A stretch of DNA of 54,828 nucleotides from IMG/VR virus record IMGVR_UViG_3300022208_000004, positions 1 through 54,828 of that record; one strand, 5' to 3'. The notes under the pieces are model-generated. The model was not told the DNA's origin. It searched no databases and saw only the letters and a list, made by a program, of their open reading frames with translations. The number at the start of each line of letters is the position of its first letter. The stretch's first letter is position 1. A program made the translations under genes and the position numbers. The stretch comes from a virus (Duplodnaviria; Caudoviricetes). Below are positions 48,263 to 54,828 of the stretch, one piece after another.

Positions 48263-51200
48263 TTAGTCTTGAATCGTTACGTTAGAAACATTCAACTGTA
48301 TTGATTGGTTAAAACCAGTATCAAAGTCTGTCTGTATTCCTAAAGCAGTACCCTTAGATGAAACAACATCAATAGGTCTGATTTCTATGTGATCTATTTT
48401 ATTTGTTGTTAGACTATAATTATCAAATAATTCTTTCAATTTTTTAACAATAGTTTTATTTGCAGTATTGTCTATTAATCCCTTAATATCATCTTTAAAT
48501 ATGATATAACCATTATCATAATTTAGAGTGCCTAAAGAAACATCATGAAACATATCAAAACCATATACAGTAAAAGAACCATACTTTCCTGTTTTTAGTT
48601 TATAGTGCTGTATGAAACCATTACCTGAAATATCCAAAACTCCATTGATATTATAGATGGTTACTGTCCCACTATTGGCATCAACAGATTCAACTAAGAA
48701 TATACCATTGTTATTTGGACTGTCACTATTACTGATTTTTATTAAGTCATTTTTTCCGATTAGATTTATATCGTTTATATTTGACTCCCCCCTTATGGTA
48801 TTATCAATAATGAAATTTGTTTTTCTACCCGTTACTATCTTAACAGTAGTAGCCTTTGGTTTAACATATCCAGACCCTGAAAAATTATCTATTCTTGCTC
48901 TTATATAGTAGAGTGGACCTACTCCGTCTATTGTAGTAGTAGTCCATCCACTAGGAACCTGCCATTCCACCGTGTTTACACCAGATTTATCAAAGGAATA
49001 TGTTCCTAGTGTATTGTTGATTATGTTTGATAGTGCAACCCATGAACCATTCCAATATTCCCAAACAAGGTTAAAGGTTCCACCAGGAGTTAAAAAGAAA
49101 GGTGTAGATATGTCAAATTCTACTCCCGCAAAAATTGCGCTGTGACCTATGATAATACTATCATCTACTACTGGCGTATCTGTTAATAAGAGAACATCGT
49201 CTATTGTAGTGTTGTTTGCTTCTGTAGTATAGTTTGTATAGGTAGTGGCATATCTTAAAACAGAACTGGAATTTACCACCTTTTTAACACCATCACTTGT
49301 ATCGGAAGAAGGTCCATCCAATAAATTCTGTATGGTTACATAAGCACCATCTGAATCAATAGAGAAATTTGTATTATAAGGTGGCGCTGATAAAACGGTT
49401 TGCAAGGCTACTGCAACGTTTACGTCAGTATCACCATCATTGATATGAATCTCAATAGCGGTTTTTCCTGCTATTGAAGGATTAACTCCCTTTGTAGATG
49501 AATTAAACCAAACATAATATTGAGTATTGTCACCCTCTGTATTCAAGAAAAAGTAGGAATTATTCAGAATGCCGTTCACGTTGGCAATACATTTAATAAC
49601 ACTAGTTTGCTTTGCATTAAGAGTGATTGTCTGGACATTGTTTTCATCAACGTCACTGAAGCTGGATAGATTGTAAACCAATTTTGCTACGTCTTGTTCT
49701 ATAGAAAAATTTTGTTGTAAAACCAGGTCATTTTTCATGTTGTATTTCTTCAGGGTTTCACTTACATAGTTGTTTAGAGAATAAACCCCGTTAAAATGTT
49801 GCATAGATAGTATAATACTGTCACCATCTGAATCTGTTACTTTTACAAAGTTTTCATCTATTGAATCTGCATTTGCAGTATTAATAACAACATCATTTCC
49901 ATCATCGTCTTTTAGTTGCTTTATAGTTTGAAAAGACCATTTAAAGGTGGCTGTGTCAAATTGAGCATCAAACAATTTTGTCTTGCCATAAAAACGCACG
50001 TCAGAAAAAACATTGTTGTTCAATAATAATGATATGATATAGTTTTCAACCTGATTATTAAATTCATCTATTTCCGTAATACTATCAATTTTTAATAATA
50101 AAGTTTCTCCATACTTGGCTATAACACCTATGCTTCTCAAATAAATATCATCAATATTAGTCAATGAAAAAACGAGTGGAGTATTTTGTATCAATTTAGC
50201 TACAGTACGCCCGTTTAATTGAACCTGCCATTCATTTGTATTACTCTGAACTAGATTTGGAATATATTCTATCTCATTCTGGTCCATGAATTTTGTTGTC
50301 TGGAAATCAAGAATATCCTTTGAGGGTCCTATCATTTGAAATTTAATGAAATCAAATTTAGAAATATCTATATTATAGATGTATCTATCCAAATTTGGAT
50401 GTGTTAATTTTCCATACATTGAAGACTTCTCTACAGGCAAAGTGTACTGGTCATATATGTTTGATGTTCGACCTAGTGTAGTAGTCTGTAAAGAGAATCC
50501 TGTTCTCTGTTCGGTCAATAGCCATATTCTTGAGGCTAGGGGCTGAATACCATAACCAGCACCACCCACATAACTTGTTACGGCTCTTATCCAATACTTG
50601 TTTGAGGCATTTACACTGTTTTTGACCCAATCCAATGGAATTGAATAGACTATATCGTGAATACCTACAATATCAAAGGCTCTTAATCCTGTTGTAGTGG
50701 AATCTATGACATTCTGCAAATCGGCCCAGGCTGAACCATTCCAGTATTGATATTTTATTTTAACATCTTTCTTGTTTGGTATGGATATATCAATAGAAAT
50801 TCCTGAAAAGATTTCATCGTTTCCAAAATAGATCAAATCGTCATTAGCGGCACTAGGAGAATTATAGATCAAAATAACATCATTAAAAATATCATTATTG
50901 GCGGACGTTGTTATGTTTGAAAACGTTGAACCATCATCGCCTATTCCAAAAATAACATTGGACAATATTTTTTGACCATGCCCATCACTAATTGAATTTA
51001 CCTCTCCTGTATTTTTATTCTCTATCAATAACACGTTTACTTTTCTATCAACGGTGAAAACGTCTCCGTTCAAATAATTCTTTAATGAAGATTCAATAGC
51101 AGTAGCAACGGCTTCAGAACTAGAATTTAAGGCTATATTGACTTGAATACCTATCGCATTAATAATGTTTGGATTTACGCCAGTTGAGTTTACATTGAAC

Positions 51201-52957
51201 CATACATAATAATGTGTTTCGTTCTGTAGCACGTCTGTAGCATAGATATTAAAATAGGTGTTGTTAAGGGAACCATTTGTATCAGAAATAGCCACGATAT
51301 TTGTTCTATTCTTTGCTCCAAAGTCTTTAGATTTGTTTTCAGAAACAATAATCTCGGAACGCTTTTTTATGAAAGCCTTTGTTTGAGGCAGATTGTTTTT
51401 GTCATATAGGATATTTCCATCAATATCCTTGACATAAATGATTGGCAGATAAATTCTATTTTCTCTGTTGTCATAAAAACTATCCTTGTTTATTGAGAAA
51501 TTGTATTTTGGTTCTATTCTCCCGCCCACCACACCAATAGCACTAATCATATCCGATGTTAATTTTGAATGTCTGTAACCTTTCCCCAATCCTCTCAAAT
51601 TAGATTCTATAAAAGAATTGATTTTATTAGTAGCGTTTGAAATAGCCTTTTGTTTTTCTGCGATAGTGAAAGATTGAGGAACCTCTATGAAAGGTTCTAA
51701 TTCTATGTAAGTATAGGAAGGCTTCAAGAATCTTTTCTTAGTGGATACTACTGTTCTGTCTTCCATGAATTTAATGATACTATTCTCATTTATCTCTGAT
51801 AGATAAAAAACATTATTACCATCGAAATTTGTTTCATCCAAGGAAGCTGGAACAGCAGAAATAAATGTTGCTCCATGAACACTAGAGTCATTTGGGAAAA
51901 TGATATTGCCCGTAGAGACATTGTGGTATTTCAAATCAGAAGAAAAATATTTGTCCAGTAAAGCGGCATAGCCTTGAACCCCTACAGCACCACCAGCAGA
52001 ACCATGAAATCTAGGTGCATTGAATTGTATTTCTTCCAGTGTTTCAAGATCACTTCCACCATATGAATTCTGAACATCTATGATATTGAAGTTAGAGAAA
52101 CTATATGTGAAAGTAGAATCGGCAACTGAAATAGTAACAACTGGCGGATTTAGAAAATTAATAGCAACCTGATTATTACCAGCAGCGCCCAATGTTTCTA
52201 GATACTCGACCTCTATTATCTCTGTTGTCTTAGGTATTTTACCCATTTTGCCATCACCAAAAATGATTTTAGGCATACCCTCATTGGTAATGCTTTCTTC
52301 AACAAAGTAAATTTCCTCATTTCTAGTGGATAGGAAAGTGTCTATTCTCTCCCACATTTTATTACTTTCTTTTCCTGTGTTTAAAGGACGCACATAAACG
52401 TTTAAGTTATTTTCCTCAACGTTTAAAGAATTTATCCTTATGCTTTGTAATTTCTTGCCAGAACCAAACACCTGAAAATTCTTATGAATACCTTCTGTTA
52501 GAATAAAGTCCGAACTCAACATAACATCGTTTTCATAGGTCAAACGAATGGGTAGCATGTTCTGGAAAACATAATTGTTTGGGCTTGAGACAAATTTTGT
52601 TTTTGCAGGTATAATGATCGTATCACCAGGAACAAATCTATGACCTTCAGAGGCTACATATTCCAATGTGCCCACAAATTTAGAAGATACTTTTCTGGAA
52701 GGTATGTAACCCATTCGTTTGGCTATGGAAACGGCACTATTTCTAATTTCTGTAGTATCTAGGAAAATGTTATTTGCGGTTAGTGTGCTATTGAACCCAT
52801 CCAACATTGAAGTATAGGCCATCGTATCAATAAAATATGAAAAGTTGCTTCCATTGAAATCAAATTCAGCCTTGTATTGACCGTTTTCTTTAAGCCAATT
52901 CACCACACCCTGTCTAATGTCTTCAAATCTTAATGCTGTAAGTGCAAACTGAACCAT
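48263..52957 (-). CDS. gp6: Baseplate wedge subunit (T4 gp6-like), expanded to 1564 aa
   Basis: L.FE.I......EFDF.GSN....D..AY, FLDT...R.S.VS.AK..GY.P, FGDG..GK, GG.D.E..EEI..NAP. Confidence 0.9.
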   Translation of the reverse strand: MVQFALTALRFEDIRQGVVNWLKENGQYKAEFDFNGSNFSYFIDTMAYTSMLDGFNSTLTANNIFLDTTEIRNSAVSIAKRMGYIPSRKVSSKFVGTLEYVASEGHRFVPGDTIIIPAKTKFVSSPNNYVFQNMLPIRLTYENDVMLSSDFILTEGIHKNFQVFGSGKKLQSIRINSLNVEENNLNVYVRPLNTGKESNKMWERIDTFLSTRNEEIYFVEESITNEGMPKIIFGDGKMGKIPKTTEIIEVEYLETLGAAGNNQVAINFLNPPVVTISVADSTFTYSFSNFNIIDVQNSYGGSDLETLEEIQFNAPRFHGSAGGAVGVQGYAALLDKYFSSDLKYHNVSTGNIIFPNDSSVHGATFISAVPASLDETNFDGNNVFYLSEINENSIIKFMEDRTVVSTKKRFLKPSYTYIELEPFIEVPQSFTIAEKQKAISNATNKINSFIESNLRGLGKGYRHSKLTSDMISAIGVVGGRIEPKYNFSINKDSFYDNRENRIYLPIIYVKDIDGNILYDKNNLPQTKAFIKKRSEIIVSENKSKDFGAKNRTNIVAISDTNGSLNNTYFNIYATDVLQNETHYYVWFNVNSTGVNPNIINAIGIQVNIALNSSSEAVATAIESSLKNYLNGDVFTVDRKVNVLLIENKNTGEVNSISDGHGQKILSNVIFGIGDDGSTFSNITTSANNDIFNDVILIYNSPSAANDDLIYFGNDEIFSGISIDISIPNKKDVKIKYQYWNGSAWADLQNVIDSTTTGLRAFDIVGIHDIVYSIPLDWVKNSVNASNKYWIRAVTSYVGGAGYGIQPLASRIWLLTEQRTGFSLQTTTLGRTSNIYDQYTLPVEKSSMYGKLTHPNLDRYIYNIDISKFDFIKFQMIGPSKDILDFQTTKFMDQNEIEYIPNLVQSNTNEWQVQLNGRTVAKLIQNTPLVFSLTNIDDIYLRSIGVIAKYGETLLLKIDSITEIDEFNNQVENYIISLLLNNNVFSDVRFYGKTKLFDAQFDTATFKWSFQTIKQLKDDDGNDVVINTANADSIDENFVKVTDSDGDSIILSMQHFNGVYSLNNYVSETLKKYNMKNDLVLQQNFSIEQDVAKLVYNLSSFSDVDENNVQTITLNAKQTSVIKCIANVNGILNNSYFFLNTEGDNTQYYVWFNSSTKGVNPSIAGKTAIEIHINDGDTDVNVAVALQTVLSAPPYNTNFSIDSDGAYVTIQNLLDGPSSDTSDGVKKVVNSSSVLRYATTYTNYTTEANNTTIDDVLLLTDTPVVDDSIIIGHSAIFAGVEFDISTPFFLTPGGTFNLVWEYWNGSWVALSNIINNTLGTYSFDKSGVNTVEWQVPSGWTTTTIDGVGPLYYIRARIDNFSGSGYVKPKATTVKIVTGRKTNFIIDNTIRGESNINDINLIGKNDLIKISNSDSPNNNGIFLVESVDANSGTVTIYNINGVLDISGNGFIQHYKLKTGKYGSFTVYGFDMFHDVSLGTLNYDNGYIIFKDDIKGLIDNTANKTIVKKLKELFDNYSLTTNKIDHIEIRPIDVVSSKGTALGIQTDFDTGFNQSIQLNVSNVTIQD

Positions 52958-52958
52958 T

Positions 52959-53348
52959 TTACCTCAATTGTTTTAATAGTTGTTTCAATTGTAATACTCT
53001 TTCTGACTGCAAAACAGAAAAATCAATGTTTATCTCAAAAGTATTCGTTTCATCCAATGGAATCACTTCTACTATGACATTCTTAGCCTTTGGTATATTC
53101 ACTGATATTGCTCTTTCAACCTCATTCAAGATTCCTCTTGCAGTTATATTGTCAACTGGTTGAAAAACAAATTGTTTTAATGCGGTTCCAAAATTTTTCT
53201 GGCGGAAGCCTCTGGAATTCTTTTCTGTTAATAGACAAGTAGCTATTGATTTCTTAATAGCTTCCTCATTTCTATTTACTTCAATATCATTGGTTATTGT
53301 TTTAACACCATCTATATCAAAATCAATATAATTAATTTTTTCTGCCAT
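52959..53348 (-). CDS. gp25: Baseplate wedge subunit (T4 gp25-like)
   Basis: NEEAIK.SI...LLT....R.F...FG..L...F.P......I...I....P. Confidence 0.88.
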   Translation of the reverse strand: MAEKINYIDFDIDGVKTITNDIEVNRNEEAIKKSIATCLLTEKNSRGFRQKNFGTALKQFVFQPVDNITARGILNEVERAISVNIPKAKNVIVEVIPLDETNTFEINIDFSVLQSERVLQLKQLLKQLR

Positions 53349-53621
53349 TTATCTCTTGAGTAATAAATTCATCTTTACTTTTTCTAGGATGTATACAGCA
53401 TCCTCAACAGTAAGATTAAAGGTTCCATATTCATATGGATTATCACCACCAGAATAATTGAAAATCAACAGAGCCTTCTCAATATTTATATCTTCATTTT
53501 TACTAGCCATTTCTATCTCGGCTATAATTTCTTTCAGGTATTCAATCAGAGCCTTTGATTTATCTACCTTGTCTTCCTTTACTTTAAAATTTCCGTGTAT
53601 TACGTTAAAATTCTTTTCCAT
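53349..53621 (-). CDS. Hypothetical protein
   Basis: GGAG RBS; abuts gp25. Confidence 0.55.
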   Translation of the reverse strand: MEKNFNVIHGNFKVKEDKVDKSKALIEYLKEIIAEIEMASKNEDINIEKALLIFNYSGGDNPYEYGTFNLTVEDAVYILEKVKMNLLLKR

Positions 53622-53940
53622 TTAACTCCATCCATAAATCATACATATTTGTTTCAGACGTAACAGTAACCTGGAAATAGGCAATATTCTTTAATAGTTT
53701 TACATATTTAGCAGTAAATGAATAGGGTCTAACTGACTTCTTTTTACCTACATCAAGTATGATATTTTTAGCCTTATCAATAGCAGCCGCCTTGTCCCTC
53801 TTGGCATACACCTTTACTAAGCTTTGGTCAGCGGCAATTTCGTTATAGTCATTTTCTATTTTAACAGTGAACACCAAAGACTGAATAATATTTTCATTAA
53901 GCTTCTGTTCATTTTCCAATATTCTTTTGAAGTTATTCAT
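53605..53940 (-). CDS. Hypothetical, putative capsid-internal protein
   Basis: Leader MNNFKRILENEQKLNE; GAGG RBS; own late promoter. Confidence 0.6.
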   Translation of the reverse strand: MNNFKRILENEQKLNENIIQSLVFTVKIENDYNEIAADQSLVKVYAKRDKAAAIDKAKNIILDVGKKKSVRPYSFTAKYVKLLKNIAYFQVTVTSETNMYDLWMELNGKEF

Positions 53941-53958
53941 AATCCTCTCTTTTCCTTT

Positions 53959-53966
53959 TATTTATG
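53959..53966 (-). promoter_or_regulatory. Late promoter CATAAATA heading the baseplate operon
   Basis: Intergenic, just downstream of a terminator. Confidence 0.65.
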
Positions 53967-53980
53967 TTTTACCACCAAAC

Positions 53981-54012
53981 AAAAAAAGGAATGATTGTTA
54001 GTCATTCCTTTT
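53981..54012 (-). terminator. Intrinsic terminator
   Basis: aaaaggaatga...tcattcctttt hairpin with a 7-U run on the minus strand. Confidence 0.8.
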
Positions 54013-54033
54013 TCCAAATCTATTTATTGTTCC

Positions 54034-54597
54034 CTATTCTTCCAATCGTTTTTTTCCTAGCCTTGAAAACCAATTATCACCCTCTGCCATAGCAAAGGTA
54101 AAATCTTTTCTTTTCCAGCTAGAAAATATAGAGCCGATTTTCTTAGGGGTCCATGCACCTACATTTACAGTAGCATTTTTCTTCAACCAATTTGTATCTC
54201 TGGTTCCTATCAAGAATCCTTGTTTACCATCGGTATAGAATACAGAATCTTGCTCCCATTTTTCACCAGCCTTTTTGAGAAAGCTTTTTAGTGTTGATTC
54301 CTTTCCCTGTTCTCCAATCACAAGGAATGAGTCTTCCGTAACTCTAACCTTTGAACCATCACTACTTTCTTCCTCATAGTTTCCCTTGACTTTGACGAAA
54401 CCAAAACCAGCATTTCTTATCGAAGCCTCAAGAATCTTGTTCCTGGATTTGTTTTCCGAAAGGGTATATTCAGCCCTAAACGCTGTTATAGCGCCAACAG
54501 GAACATGATTATCTAGGTGTGAATACAACCTAGATACGCTAAACTCATTAAGCTGTTCTTCTTTCAGGATGCTTTCAAACTGTGTTTTAAGGTCCAT
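54034..54597 (-). CDS. SAM lyase (T3 SAMase-like) with capsid-targeting-like leader
   Basis: Likely start 54597 (GGAG RBS); ITAFR..EN.SR..L...IR.A, G.Y.E...E.S..V and WEQDSV motifs resemble T3 SAMase as recalled. Confidence 0.7.
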   Translation of the reverse strand: MDLKTQFESILKEEQLNEFSVSRLYSHLDNHVPVGAITAFRAEYTLSENKSRNKILEASIRNAGFGFVKVKGNYEEESSDGSKVRVTEDSFLVIGEQGKESTLKSFLKKAGEKWEQDSVFYTDGKQGFLIGTRDTNWLKKNATVNVGAWTPKKIGSIFSSWKRKDFTFAMAEGDNWFSRLGKKRLEE

Positions 54598-54617
54598 TAA
54601 ATTCTCCGTTTTCATTA

Positions 54618-54625
54618 TATTTATT
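54618..54625 (-). promoter_or_regulatory. Late promoter AATAAATA upstream of the SAM-lyase-like gene
   Basis: NATAAATA about 20 nt upstream of the ATG. Confidence 0.55.
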
Positions 54626-54665
54626 GAAAACAATACAATTATATGAATAGAAGTTCCATTAAAGC

Positions 54666-54828
54666 CTATGCATTATTTTTAATAAATTCATATAAATTAT
54701 TTCTCAACACCGTATCATTCCATCCCCATTTGATTGCATCTATCTTATATTCATTTGGTAAATTTTCACACCATATGACAATTCTTTCATCTGCCCAGCT
54801 TTCGCCTATTGATTCAAGAATTACATCA
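54666..54828 (-). CDS. Partial CDS (3' end), hypothetical
   Basis: Open frame ...IDAIKWGWNDTVLRNNLYEFIKNNA* entering from the right edge. Confidence 0.55.
   Translation of the reverse strand, partial: DVILESIGESWADERIVIWCENLPNEYKIDAIKWGWNDTVLRNNLYEFIKNNA

Noticed and set aside
1053-53163. Numerous plus-strand ORFs of 60-166 aa in the ORF track
   Set aside because: All are antisense shadows of longer, motif-bearing minus-strand genes and show no recognisable motifs.
54021-54028. AATAAATA between the SAM-lyase-like gene and its terminator
   Set aside because: Would fire straight into the terminator; likely chance in AT-rich DNA.
1-54828. Stop-codon recoding, tRNA genes or a diversity-generating retroelement
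   Set aside because: Long genes are intact in the standard code with TAG and TGA both used as stops; intergenic gaps are tiny; no reverse transcriptase or adenine-specific repeat pair seen.

Overview
AT-rich segment of a large T4-like myovirus genome; every credible gene is on the minus strand and uses the standard code. In transcription order (right to left) it holds a baseplate/tail module (gp25, gp6, gp7-like, gp8, three tube paralogues, gp26/gp51, tape-measure-like, gp48, gp53, hub, split gp5 spike), then gp14, gp15, gp16/TerS, gp17/TerL, gp18 sheath, gp19 tube and tail-fibre genes. The main finding is about 19 small accessory genes scattered between these core late genes. Their unrelated bodies share an N-terminal leader ([T/N]FKQFLxE or YKELL..LxE) resembling the T4 internal-protein capsid-targeting sequence (MKTYQEFIAE) with a prohead-protease LxE site. 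Predicted cargoes include a T3-SAMase-like SAM lyase, three ADP-ribosyltransferase-like folds, an HExxH metallopeptidase, a J-domain protein and HTH proteins, and some leaders are exact 23-26 bp repeats. This suggests a swappable, virion-packaged effector or anti-defence arsenal. TerL is a fractured gene: an atypically split intein at Walker A around a free-standing Vsr-like homing endonuclease, plus an apparent vestigial intein fragment further downstream. Other points are a likely -1 frameshift joining gp26 to gp51, NATAAATA late promoters and nested domain insertions across the baseplate. All assignments are by-eye motif recognition; no searches were run.
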